From assembly GCA_964524895.1 (NCBI GenBank), contig CAZGFG010000004.1, positions 20,469 to 79,759 of the forward strand: DNA of 59,291 bases, given 5' to 3'. The notes beneath the pieces were generated by a model. It had not been told where the DNA came from, searched no databases, and saw nothing but the letters and a program-made list of their open reading frames with translations. This document shows positions 16,790-25,442 of this stretch, one piece after another. Source of the stretch: an uncultured Gammaproteobacteria bacterium. Its GTDB lineage: Bacteria; Patescibacteriota; Microgenomatia; Daviesbacterales; UBA10151. Within the stretch, counting starts at the first letter, position 1; each line of letters opens with the position of its first letter. The position numbers were made by a program, and so were the translations under genes.

Positions 16790-17377
16790 GTGATAAATAA
16801 ATTCAAAAAGCTCTCCCTGCCCGTAAAAATGATTTTCGTTGTTGCTATAGCTCTACTCTTCATTGCCATTTTATTCATTGGGCTAATTGCCTATGATTTA
16901 TACAATGAACCATGGGAACATAATCGGCTACCAGCACTACTTACAAACAGTATAAAGATGACTGTGGTTGATAGTAGTCTTTATCAAGATCCCCAGTATG
17001 CCAACGGAGATAACTGCACACCTGACCAACTTGAGGTTATATTTAAGTATGTAACAGAACCTTCTGGTAAAACTTATGGAAAAGCTGGTCCGTATCCTAG
17101 ATGTTTAAGATATTCAGTAGAAAAAGGTGCTTTTTATTGGTTAGAGCCAAGACCAGGTTTTGAATATGTTATTTATGAAAAACCTTCCGGTGACCGTTTA
17201 TTAGCTATTCATGACAATGGATTGTATGGAAAAGATCGTAATGATATAGGAGGGCTAAATGGAAGCTATTATCCAGGTACGAGCTCTTTCAACATGCTAG
17301 GTAATAGAAAAAATGTGATTTTTGTCTATACAGGATGGAATAATCCTGAAAAAATCATCAAGCTGTCAATTAATTAA
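16790..17377 (+). CDS. membrane-anchored hypothetical protein
   Basis: N-terminal TM helix then a soluble domain with two Cys. Confidence 0.6.
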   Translation: MINKFKKLSLPVKMIFVVAIALLFIAILFIGLIAYDLYNEPWEHNRLPALLTNSIKMTVVDSSLYQDPQYANGDNCTPDQLEVIFKYVTEPSGKTYGKAGPYPRCLRYSVEKGAFYWLEPRPGFEYVIYEKPSGDRLLAIHDNGLYGKDRNDIGGLNGSYYPGTSSFNMLGNRKNVIFVYTGWNNPEKIIKLSIN

Positions 17378-17559
17378 ACTTTGGGAAAATAAAAATTTCT
17401 AATATCCTGCAAACCCCGCAACACTTCGACTGGCTACGCTCGCTCAGGGCTAAAGCTATGTATTTTAGCCTTAAATTTCTTCCATAGGGATTGGACATCC
17501 GAGCTTGATTAAGACTTATAGTTTTGGTATTTATCTTTCATTGTTTTATAATCTCATAT

Positions 17560-18570
17560 ATGGAAAGACAATTTACCGGAATATATTACGGACCCAACAC
17601 AACGAGAACTGCCGAACAATATGCTTCAGAATGGAGAAGTACTGGATTAGGTACAATTGATGATTTGATCTTAGAACAACTTCAAATTGCGGATACTTCG
17701 GGTCGGCAAGTTGTCCGACTTTTAGACATCGGTAGCGAGAGGTTTGCTACAGCACTACGAGGTTTAGTTAGAAATCCAAAAGACCTGCCTCAATCACGTC
17801 AATTCATGCAGACTCATTCTAGTTTGAGTTTGGACTTAATTGGTCTAACTGACACCTCATCGAATTTTGAGTTTGGTACTCCAGTATTTGTACAAGATTC
17901 AACTGATCCAAACTTTGATGCTTCCTTAAGAATAACCCCCTACACTTTAAGTGCGAAGCAGTCTTTAAATGACTTTTTAAATCAACAGGGCAAAAGAGAT
18001 ATTCAAATAGCCACAGCTATCTGGAGTTTGGCCTATATGGGGCCAAATACTTTTTCAGAAGTTTTATCAAATGTAAGTCAAGCTTTAACACAAAATGGTT
18101 TGTTCGTAGGTGTAGGTTATGCAGAGGCAGTGGCAGGATTGGGTTTTAATGTTATTTTTGATTTATATCCTGAGCTAGCCTATTTGCAAAGAAAAAATTC
18201 ACTTCTTACCCCATCTAATTGGAGAGATATTCTGGGTAAATCAGAAAAACAGCCAATTGAACTAGATAATCAGAGATTAGCGGAAACTAAAGTGACTCTA
18301 AGTCAAAGCATTAGCACTCTATTAAGAACTAATATCATTAATTCTAGTGTTGCCAGACAATTAGAAGAAAGTATCTGGACAAGTTCAGGTATTAATGATT
18401 TAGCTTTGGTGGGTTCAGAGTTACAAATTCCTCTTTTTGAGTTATGGAAGAAGAAATTTAGTCTTTTAAAAGAAAAAAAAGATGCTAAAATACGCTCATT
18501 AACTGAGAATTCAAATGATATTATCGTTACAACCGATTTCCAACAGACAATTGTTGTTGAAAAAAAGTAA
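17560..18570 (+). CDS. divergent class I SAM methyltransferase-fold protein
   Basis: VRLLDIGS, AIWSLAY, ALTQNGLFVGV; start at ATG 17560, 7 nt after TATAAT. Confidence 0.55.
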   Translation: MERQFTGIYYGPNTTRTAEQYASEWRSTGLGTIDDLILEQLQIADTSGRQVVRLLDIGSERFATALRGLVRNPKDLPQSRQFMQTHSSLSLDLIGLTDTSSNFEFGTPVFVQDSTDPNFDASLRITPYTLSAKQSLNDFLNQQGKRDIQIATAIWSLAYMGPNTFSEVLSNVSQALTQNGLFVGVGYAEAVAGLGFNVIFDLYPELAYLQRKNSLLTPSNWRDILGKSEKQPIELDNQRLAETKVTLSQSISTLLRTNIINSSVARQLEESIWTSSGINDLALVGSELQIPLFELWKKKFSLLKEKKDAKIRSLTENSNDIIVTTDFQQTIVVEKK

Positions 18571-18949
18571 CATTTCTGAGCGGTTAAAACAAAAAATTCC
18601 TTTATTCACTAATATCGATCGTGGTTTATATTCAATACTTGATTTATCAGGTTTTATCATTCCTGAAGGAATAATTGAACTTTATAGATCAGAATTAGAG
18701 GCAAAATTAGGGCACTATGTTGTTAGTTATGACGCGGAAATCTGCAATTTAGAAGTACCATTAGAAGCTCACTTATGTGCTCGAGTGAAGGATGCTGATC
18801 TAAATCCAGAACAAAAAAAAGTCTTAAAATCCTATGAGAACTTATCCAAACCATTAGGAGTAACATTTGTGGTTTATCAAAATCCGATTGAATATATTGA
18901 TCCTTATAAAAGTGCAATTTATTCTCTATATCAAGAGAAAGCTAAATAA
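18515..18949 (+). CDS. hypothetical protein (start uncertain)
   Basis: 144-aa ORF in an operon-like run; its stop overlaps the next start. Confidence 0.5.
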   Translation: MILSLQPISNRQLLLKKSNISERLKQKIPLFTNIDRGLYSILDLSGFIIPEGIIELYRSELEAKLGHYVVSYDAEICNLEVPLEAHLCARVKDADLNPEQKKVLKSYENLSKPLGVTFVVYQNPIEYIDPYKSAIYSLYQEKAK

Positions 18950-19614
18950 TGAAAAAAAAGATTTATGCGATTTGTTTTAGTGGGGGAAAAGACTCAATGT
19001 TGGCTCTGGATCGAGCAATCAGGAATGATCTAAGTGTTAAATATCTAGTTAACATTTATGATACTGGTACTGAAAGAGTGAGATTCCATGGATTTAAAAA
19101 AGAACTTCTAAAAAAACAAACAGATGCTCTAGGACTTGAATTAGTGCAGGCTGGATCAACTGGAGAAAATTTCGAACAGGTTTTTATGGATGGATTGAAA
19201 ACCTTAAAGAGAAAAGGTGTGAATGGGGTTATTTTTGGGGATATTCATTTGCAGGATGTCAAAAGTTGGTTTGAAGAGAGAACTACTGGAATGGGTTTTG
19301 AGCATGTCGAACCTCTATGGCTGGTACCTCCACTTGAATTAGTCTCAGAAGTAGTCGCGCGAGGATATAAGATTACACTAACTAGTTTGGATTTAGAGAA
19401 AACAAATCCAGAATGGTTAGGAAAACAAATCACACCTAAGTTAATTAAAGAGTTTGTTGCAAAAGGGATAGATCCATGTGGTGAAAATGGAGAATATCAC
19501 TCATTTGTTAGCGATGGTCCGCTTTTTAAACAGCAAATTGAATTTAAACTGGGAACTATCCGCAAAACTCCGACTCATGCGGTAATTGATGTTATTATAA
19601 AAGACTCTAAATAA
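18949..19614 (+). CDS. diphthine-ammonia ligase (Dph6/MJ0570)-family PP-loop ATPase
   Basis: FSGGKDS, IFGDI, EPLW, DPCGENGEYHSFV.DGPLF. Confidence 0.92.
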   Translation: MKKKIYAICFSGGKDSMLALDRAIRNDLSVKYLVNIYDTGTERVRFHGFKKELLKKQTDALGLELVQAGSTGENFEQVFMDGLKTLKRKGVNGVIFGDIHLQDVKSWFEERTTGMGFEHVEPLWLVPPLELVSEVVARGYKITLTSLDLEKTNPEWLGKQITPKLIKEFVAKGIDPCGENGEYHSFVSDGPLFKQQIEFKLGTIRKTPTHAVIDVIIKDSK

Positions 19615-20555
19615 TGGAAAGTATTAGACAGCCTTCGATGAAAGTTGGTATTGTTTTATCTTTGGGTCAGCTTGAACATCGAGGGTCACCATTGACATAC
19701 CTAGAACTGCGTGATCGGGCCCAGCAAGCTGAAAGTTTGGGATTTGATTCTTTGTGGGTGTATGATCACTTGTTAGAACGATACCCTGGTAAAGAAACTG
19801 TTGGTTTCAAAGAATCCTGGACGATTTTATCCGCCTTGGCTGAAGTAACCCAAAAACCAGAGCTTGGTACTGGGGTACTAAGTACGACATTTCGTAATCC
19901 GGCATTACTCGCTAAAATGGCTGATACTCTAGAAGAGGTAAGTAATGGCAGGTTAATTTTGGGTTTAGGTGCTGGTTGGCATAAGCCAGAATTCAATGTG
20001 TTTGGATTCGAATATAATAATCGAGCTTCCCGTTTTGAAGAGGCACTGCAAATAATTAAACCTTTATTGCGTGATGGATATGTTGATTTTAGAGGCAAAT
20101 ATTATCAAGCTCAGGATTGTGAATTAAAACCGCATACAAAAATAAGAGAGGGTGGCCCTCCCTTAATGATAGCCTCCTTCCAGCCTAAAATGTTACACTT
20201 GACTGCGCAATATGCTCAGGGGTGGATTACCGATTGGTTAGGGGGGAAAGAACACTTTAACGAAAGAAAGCAAGCGATCATTAATGCTTGTTTGGAGGTG
20301 GGGAGAAACCCTCCAACATTGGAACTAATTGGTGGAGTAACTATCGCATACCCTGAATTGGGCCCATTACCATCTTGGATGACAAGTTCTGATCAATATT
20401 TTTCTGGATCTCCGCAGGATATTGCTAAAAGTTTGGATACTTATCGAAAATGGGGTGTGTCACATATTATGTGCTCTTATTATCCGGATATACCTCAATC
20501 TCTGAATCAGCTAGGCCAAGCATTAGATATCTTTCGAACTAGCCAATTGGATTAA
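19614..20555 (+). CDS. LLM-class flavin-dependent oxidoreductase
   Basis: GFDSLWVYDH, FRNPALLAKMA.TL, SNGRLILGLGAGW. Confidence 0.93.
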   Translation: MESIRQPSMKVGIVLSLGQLEHRGSPLTYLELRDRAQQAESLGFDSLWVYDHLLERYPGKETVGFKESWTILSALAEVTQKPELGTGVLSTTFRNPALLAKMADTLEEVSNGRLILGLGAGWHKPEFNVFGFEYNNRASRFEEALQIIKPLLRDGYVDFRGKYYQAQDCELKPHTKIREGGPPLMIASFQPKMLHLTAQYAQGWITDWLGGKEHFNERKQAIINACLEVGRNPPTLELIGGVTIAYPELGPLPSWMTSSDQYFSGSPQDIAKSLDTYRKWGVSHIMCSYYPDIPQSLNQLGQALDIFRTSQLD

Positions 20556-20556
20556 T

Positions 20557-21558
20557 GTGAAGATCGAATTAGACATTAAAAGTGACGCGTCACTCAGGGT
20601 TTTAAATTCAATAAAGGTCGTTCTTAATGATAAAAAAGCTGACGCTTTGTTACTTAGTGGCGGGATAGATTCAAGTATTCTGGCAGGACTCGATCCTGCT
20701 ACTCCAGCAATAACTGTAGGAATTGAGAATGAATCATCAGATCTTCTTTATGCTCAGAAAGTAACTGAAAGATTAAATATGCCTTGGCATCATGTCCAGG
20801 TTTCAAGAGGTCAAGCTTTACGCGCTGTAAGTGATGTTATGATCCTCATAAACACTTATGATTTGGGAATTTTTAATATGGCTGTTGAGTATCTCGGTTT
20901 CAGATATGCTAGTTCTTTAGGTTATCAAACTATTAGAACAGGAGATTTTGCTGATGAGTTATTCCGAGGATATAGTTTTCTTTATACTCAATCAGACGAA
21001 GAGCACAAAAATCATCTAACTGATCTCTATCCACACGTCAGATTACCATCCTCAATAATCGCACAGGCTTTAGGAGTAAAAACAGATTTTCCCTATTTAA
21101 AGCTCCCAACTTTTGATGCAGCTCTCTCTGTATCGAAATCGGACTTGGTTGTAGATGTTGAAACAAATCATGCAGGAGATATTTATGAAGCTGAACGAGA
21201 TGAAAATACTTCTCCAACAAGGACATGGAGTAAACTCGCTCTTCGACAAGCTGGACTTGGTATGCTTCCTTTAGATGTAGTATTTAGGCAAAAAACTCAT
21301 GTGGAGTATGGTTCAGGTTTTAAAAATCTAGAAAATGAAGTAGCTGACTCTATAACTGATAAAGAAGTTGAAGATTTGAAGATCGAGAAAAGATTTTTTG
21401 ATAAAGTGCATGCAGGACTATATAAAATGTATAAAAACTTAGGTCTTAGTCCCACGTTCCCAAAAGATAATCAATACGCTTGTTCGTGGTGTGGAGGTGG
21501 TGTTAATACTGGGCGAAATCATTGTTCAACATGCGGAGGCTATCCTTCAAATAGCTAA
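20557..21558 (+). CDS. asparagine synthase C-terminal (PP-loop) domain protein with a C-terminal Zn ribbon; no glutaminase domain
   Basis: LLSGGIDSS, GDFADELFRGY, W.K..LR, CSWC...CSTC. Confidence 0.85.
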   Translation: MKIELDIKSDASLRVLNSIKVVLNDKKADALLLSGGIDSSILAGLDPATPAITVGIENESSDLLYAQKVTERLNMPWHHVQVSRGQALRAVSDVMILINTYDLGIFNMAVEYLGFRYASSLGYQTIRTGDFADELFRGYSFLYTQSDEEHKNHLTDLYPHVRLPSSIIAQALGVKTDFPYLKLPTFDAALSVSKSDLVVDVETNHAGDIYEAERDENTSPTRTWSKLALRQAGLGMLPLDVVFRQKTHVEYGSGFKNLENEVADSITDKEVEDLKIEKRFFDKVHAGLYKMYKNLGLSPTFPKDNQYACSWCGGGVNTGRNHCSTCGGYPSNS

Positions 21559-21590
21559 TAGGTTCTAAAAGCATTCCTCCCTCGCAACCA
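21557..21590 (+). repeat. 34-bp direct repeat, copy 2
   Basis: identical to 16338-16371. Confidence 0.9.
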
Positions 21591-21685
21591 ACTTGGAAGA
21601 CCTTCGCAAGCCACATTTTATCAGATTATAGGCTTGTCTGCTAATATTTGTTTGGAGATTATTTTTCTGGTACACTTAGGCTCAC

Positions 21686-21756
21686 GGCAGTGTAGCTTAA
21701 CGGCAAAGCAGTGCCCTCATAAAGCACGGATGAAGGTTCGACTCCTTCCATTGCCA
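21686..21756 (+). tRNA. tRNA-Met (CAU), probably elongator
   Basis: GGCAGTG/CATTGCC acceptor, GTGCC-CT CAT AA-AGCAC arm (31:39 C.A mismatch), GAAGG-TTCGACT-CCTTC T arm. Confidence 0.88.
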
Positions 21757-21788
21757 CTAGAGATTAGAAAGCTGTAAAGGTTAACAAA

Positions 21789-22994
21789 GTGATTTTATAC
21801 GAATTTGAAGGCAAAAAACTTCTTTCTCAAGCCGGGATAAATATTCCCAAAAGTGAGTTATTAGAGTTTGCAGATGGGCAAATAACCATCAGTAACCCCC
21901 TTATTTTAAAAGCTCAAGTTCTATCCGGTGAAAGGGCACAGGCAGGAGGAATTATTCGAATTCAGAATTCAGAATTCAGAATTATGGATGAAGTACAGAA
22001 ATTATTCGGAAAAATTATCAACAAAGAAAAAGTAGAAAAGATTTTGGTGGAGGAGATGGTTAATTTTGAAAAGGAGTTTTATGTTTCCCTTTCTTATGAT
22101 ACTGATACCAGGGGTCCGATTCTGACTATTTCACAGCAAGGGGGAACCGGAATAGAGGAGCGGGATGTTAAAATTTTTCCGATTGATCCACTAACCGAAT
22201 CTGTCATTCCGAGTAATAGCGAGGAATCTCAAAACTTAAATCAGGAGATTTTTCACTTTGTTCGAAATGATATAACTAAAAAATTGGTTAGTCTGTTTTT
22301 CAAGCAGGACTGCCTTCTTTTGGAGATAAATCCACTGGTTCTAACAAAGGGTGGAATTTGGATGGCTTTGGATGCCAAGATTAAACTGGATGATGATGCC
22401 CGTTCCCGCCACCCGGAGTGGGACTTTGCCCCCAGGGGTGTCCCCGGCTATACACCTACCCCCAGCGAGATTGCCGCCAAAAAAATTGATGAAGGAGATT
22501 ATAGAGGAGTAGCCGGTTCGACCTATTTCGACCTCCCCGGCAATATTGCCATTATGTCTTCCGGAGGGGGAGTATCCCTGACAGCTATGGATGCCCTGAT
22601 TGCTGCAGGGGGAAAGCCTGCCAATTTTACCGAATATTCAGGTAATCCGCCCAAGGAAAAGGTGACTAAATTAACCAAGATAGTTTTAAACAAGCCTGAT
22701 ATTGCTGGACTTTGGGTCATTGGGACAGTAGCAGCCAATTTTACAGATATTTATGAAACTTTGTCGGGTTTAATTGAAGGCCTTCGACAAGCTCAGGCTG
22801 AACTTGGTACCAAGTTCAAGTTCCCAATAGTAATTAGAAGGGGAGGACCAAGGGACGAGGAAGCTTTTGGAATGTTAAAACAAGTTAAAGACTTTGATTT
22901 ACATCTGCAAGGCAAGGAGACAACTATTACTCAATCAGCCCAAACAATGGCACGACTGGCAGCAGAATTTGCTCAAAAAGGAGAAGAAAAATGA
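21789..22994 (+). CDS. ATP-citrate lyase/citryl-CoA synthetase beta-like subunit (ATP-grasp plus citrate-binding-type domain)
   Basis: LYEFEGK, LEINPL, LDAK, SGGGVS, ANFTEYSGNP, ANFTDI. Confidence 0.8.
   Translation: MILYEFEGKKLLSQAGINIPKSELLEFADGQITISNPLILKAQVLSGERAQAGGIIRIQNSEFRIMDEVQKLFGKIINKEKVEKILVEEMVNFEKEFYVSLSYDTDTRGPILTISQQGGTGIEERDVKIFPIDPLTESVIPSNSEESQNLNQEIFHFVRNDITKKLVSLFFKQDCLLLEINPLVLTKGGIWMALDAKIKLDDDARSRHPEWDFAPRGVPGYTPTPSEIAAKKIDEGDYRGVAGSTYFDLPGNIAIMSSGGGVSLTAMDALIAAGGKPANFTEYSGNPPKEKVTKLTKIVLNKPDIAGLWVIGTVAANFTDIYETLSGLIEGLRQAQAELGTKFKFPIVIRRGGPRDEEAFGMLKQVKDFDLHLQGKETTITQSAQTMARLAAEFAQKGEEK
22202..22272. repeat. TGTC-tagged palindromic element inserted within the coding sequence
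   Basis: TGTCATTCCGAGTAATAGCGAGGAATCTC-N14-GAGATTTTTCACTTTGTTCGAAATGATA; left arm nearly identical to 12678-12705. Confidence 0.85.
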
Positions 22995-23893
22995 GCCTAC
23001 TTTTGCCAGTTGGGGCCAAAATAATCGGTCAGGGAATTACCGGAGGAGAGGGGTCCAAGATGTTGCCAAAGATGCTTTCTTACGGCACCAATATTGTTGC
23101 CGGAGTAACCCCCGGTAAAGGGGGACAACAGCTTGAGGGCGTACCGATATTTAACTCTATCAAAGAAGCTATAGAAGTAGTTGGGGCAGTTGACGGATCT
23201 GTCCAATTTGTTCCTCCACAGTTTGTTAAAGCCGCTACCCAGGAAGCCATAGAAAGTGGAATTAAATTTATTTTAATCGGAGCAGAAAAGGTTCCTACCA
23301 AAGATGCTGCCTACATTTATGCTTTAGCCAAAAAAGAAGGAGTTTCTATCATAGGTCCAAACTCGGTTGGGTTAATCTCTCCTCATCGCCATTTTAGGAT
23401 TGGGCTAATTGGAGGAATGGTTTCCGAAAATGTGTTTGCAGACGGGCCTATTGCAGTTATTTCCAAATCCGGCAGTATGACAGCGGAGATTAGCCTGATT
23501 TTGAAAAATGCAGGGTTGGGGGTTTCCTGGGCAGTAGGGATAGGTGGGGACCGGATAATCGGCACTGATTATGTGGATTTCCTACTGGAGCTGGAAAACG
23601 ACCCTGCAACCAAGGCTTCGGTGATTTTTGGGGAACTGGGAGGAACTTATGAAGAAAGAGTGGCAGAATATATTAAATCCGGAAAAATAAAAAAGCCGGT
23701 GGTAGCATTTATTGGAGGGGAGTTTACCCTAAAATTGCCTTCGGAGGTGCAATTTGGGCATGCAGGAGCTATTATAGAAGGCAGTAGAGGCTTACCTGAT
23801 CACAAAAGACAGGTGCTTAAGGAAGCAGGGGTTAAAGTTGCTGAAAGTTTGGATGATATTGGTACACTAGTAAAGGAATCTTTAAATGGCTAA
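22991..23893 (+). CDS. SucD/AclA-N-like CoA ligase alpha subunit
   Basis: QGITGGEG, AGVTPGKGG, IGPNSVG, SKSGS, FGHAGA phospho-His. Confidence 0.88.
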   Translation: MSLLLPVGAKIIGQGITGGEGSKMLPKMLSYGTNIVAGVTPGKGGQQLEGVPIFNSIKEAIEVVGAVDGSVQFVPPQFVKAATQEAIESGIKFILIGAEKVPTKDAAYIYALAKKEGVSIIGPNSVGLISPHRHFRIGLIGGMVSENVFADGPIAVISKSGSMTAEISLILKNAGLGVSWAVGIGGDRIIGTDYVDFLLELENDPATKASVIFGELGGTYEERVAEYIKSGKIKKPVVAFIGGEFTLKLPSEVQFGHAGAIIEGSRGLPDHKRQVLKEAGVKVAESLDDIGTLVKESLNG

Positions 23894-24569
23894 AACAATA
23901 ACTCATAAAATCGGAAACGACGAGACAACTACTGCCATGTTTGGGGATCAGGATCACCTGGAATATGCTCAAGGTCACAGTTTTTCCCAAACTATTTTTG
24001 AGGCTTTAGTTGAAAGGCAGCCTTCGGAAAACGAGACAAAGCTTTTGGATCTAATCCTCAATCTCTCTTTTGACCATGGTCCAAATTCTCCTTCCTCCTC
24101 CAAGACTATAGAAGAAGCTAAAGAAGGGGAAGCTATGGGTGAGGCTGTCGGGGAGGGGATTGAGCAGATAAATGAGCATCATGGAGGCGCAGGAGAGCCT
24201 TTGATGGAGGCACTTTATAGAATTAAGAATGAGGAATTCAGAATTCAGAATTATGTTGAGCAGAATATACAGGGAGGAAAGAGGGTTCCGGGGTTGGGGC
24301 ATAGGGTATACAAAGATAAAGACCCCAGGGCCGAGTTGATAATGGAAAAAGCTTTGCAGCTTGGGGTAGGGGGGGATTTTATAGGGGTAATAAGGGAGAT
24401 AAGGGGAGAGGTAGAAAAACAGACAGGTAAAAGTTTAGCGGTCAATATTGATGGGGCTATAGCAGCGGTTTTTTGTGGGTTTGGTTTGGAGCCCAAAGCT
24501 GCAACCGCAATATTTATAATTGCCCGAACTGTAGGATTAACTGCTCACTATATGGACAGTTCTAAGTAG
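23886..24569 (+). CDS. citryl-CoA lyase / citrate synthase-like protein
   Basis: DHGP, HGGA, VPGLGHRVYK..DPR, NIDGAIAA, ARTVGL.AH. Confidence 0.88.
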   Translation: MAKTITHKIGNDETTTAMFGDQDHLEYAQGHSFSQTIFEALVERQPSENETKLLDLILNLSFDHGPNSPSSSKTIEEAKEGEAMGEAVGEGIEQINEHHGGAGEPLMEALYRIKNEEFRIQNYVEQNIQGGKRVPGLGHRVYKDKDPRAELIMEKALQLGVGGDFIGVIREIRGEVEKQTGKSLAVNIDGAIAAVFCGFGLEPKAATAIFIIARTVGLTAHYMDSSK

Positions 24570-24632
24570 GTCGAGTAAAATGGTATAATAGCTTTGTTTA
24601 AATCCCGCAGAGGGATATTTTTTTGAGAATTT

Positions 24633-24815
24633 ATGGTTACTCCAGAAACAAGTAAAACGAGCGAGCGCCCAGTAAGAGCACCGGATCTTGCAGGAATGGA
24701 TCATGCGGAGACTAACCAAAGGCTCGCGGATTTCTTTAGCAGAGTACACGAGCAGCGTATGGTGGAATTAAAAGCTTCCATAGTATCTATGCAACAGTCT
24801 AAGCAGAAAATTTGA
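24633..24815 (+). CDS. small hypothetical protein
   Basis: 60-aa ORF downstream of a TGGTATAAT promoter-like motif. Confidence 0.4.
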   Translation: MVTPETSKTSERPVRAPDLAGMDHAETNQRLADFFSRVHEQRMVELKASIVSMQQSKQKI

Positions 24816-24908
24816 TTTATTCGTTGTATCTGTTATAATAGACCCATAGTTAAAAACTATTTTCATGGCTTGACAAAGAAGAAGGAATCGATTAATTTAA
24901 GGACAGTT

Positions 24909-24992
24909 ATGAGCTATAGTTTTTGTATTAAATCTAATTGGAACCGTAATCTTCCTATGACAGGGAGTGGTTCCGATGGGTATAGTTCTTAA
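24909..24992 (+). CDS. putative 27-aa leader peptide MSYSFCIKSNWNRNLPMTGSGSDGYSS
   Basis: between a TTGACA promoter (24870) and alternative hairpins; SD-like AGGA upstream. Confidence 0.5.
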   Translation: MSYSFCIKSNWNRNLPMTGSGSDGYSS

Positions 24993-25012
24993 AAGAAAGA
25001 ATATACCCACGG

Positions 25013-25036
25013 AACCCCCAGAATCGGGGGTTTTTT
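25013..25036 (+). terminator. attenuator terminator upstream of ORF 25049
   Basis: AACCCCC-AGAATC-GGGGGTT followed by a T run. Confidence 0.8.
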
Positions 25037-25048
25037 ATTGGAGAAAAT

Positions 25049-25402
25049 ATGATACCTGTAGAAATATTAGAAACTATAAGAAATGCACAAACGCCGGATA
25101 AGGCGGGGTCTGATAATAGTTTAGCTCTTCCTGGGGTAGAGGTTGGTGGAACAATCCTTGCTGTTGGACCTATAGAACAAATGGATGTGAGCCAAAGAGA
25201 GGTAAGAGCTTACAAAATTATTGGGCTAGAAGACGGTCTGATTTATCTAGAGCAGGGAGGCAATAGGTTCCCTACTTCGCTAGAGTGTGCAATGACATAT
25301 GGCAATATAACTGAACCACAAGGAACGTTTGTGGTTGCAAGGTACAGAGATCCTTTGAGAATGGCAAATGATGCTTCTGGTCAATGGTGTTTGCCTGGAT
25401 AG
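25049..25402 (+). CDS. hypothetical protein
   Basis: 117-aa ORF directly after the attenuator. Confidence 0.55.
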   Translation: MIPVEILETIRNAQTPDKAGSDNSLALPGVEVGGTILAVGPIEQMDVSQREVRAYKIIGLEDGLIYLEQGGNRFPTSLECAMTYGNITEPQGTFVVARYRDPLRMANDASGQWCLPG

Positions 25403-25442
25403 TTTGGATCTAGAAGGGCATTTGGTAGAATATGGTTGACAA

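Noticed and set aside
18560-18570. Programmed -1 frameshift at A_AAA_AAG
   Set aside because: The -1 frame stops after 6 codons; the downstream ORF is in the +1 frame.
15653-21590. Integron with attC sites
   Set aside because: The boundary motifs lack paired RYYYAAC/GTTRRRY boxes with attC hairpins, and no IntI-type integrase was seen.
21789-23893. Plain succinyl-CoA synthetase sucCD
   Set aside because: The beta subunit carries ACL-type citrate-domain motifs and is followed by a citryl-CoA lyase-like gene, so gene symbols were withheld.
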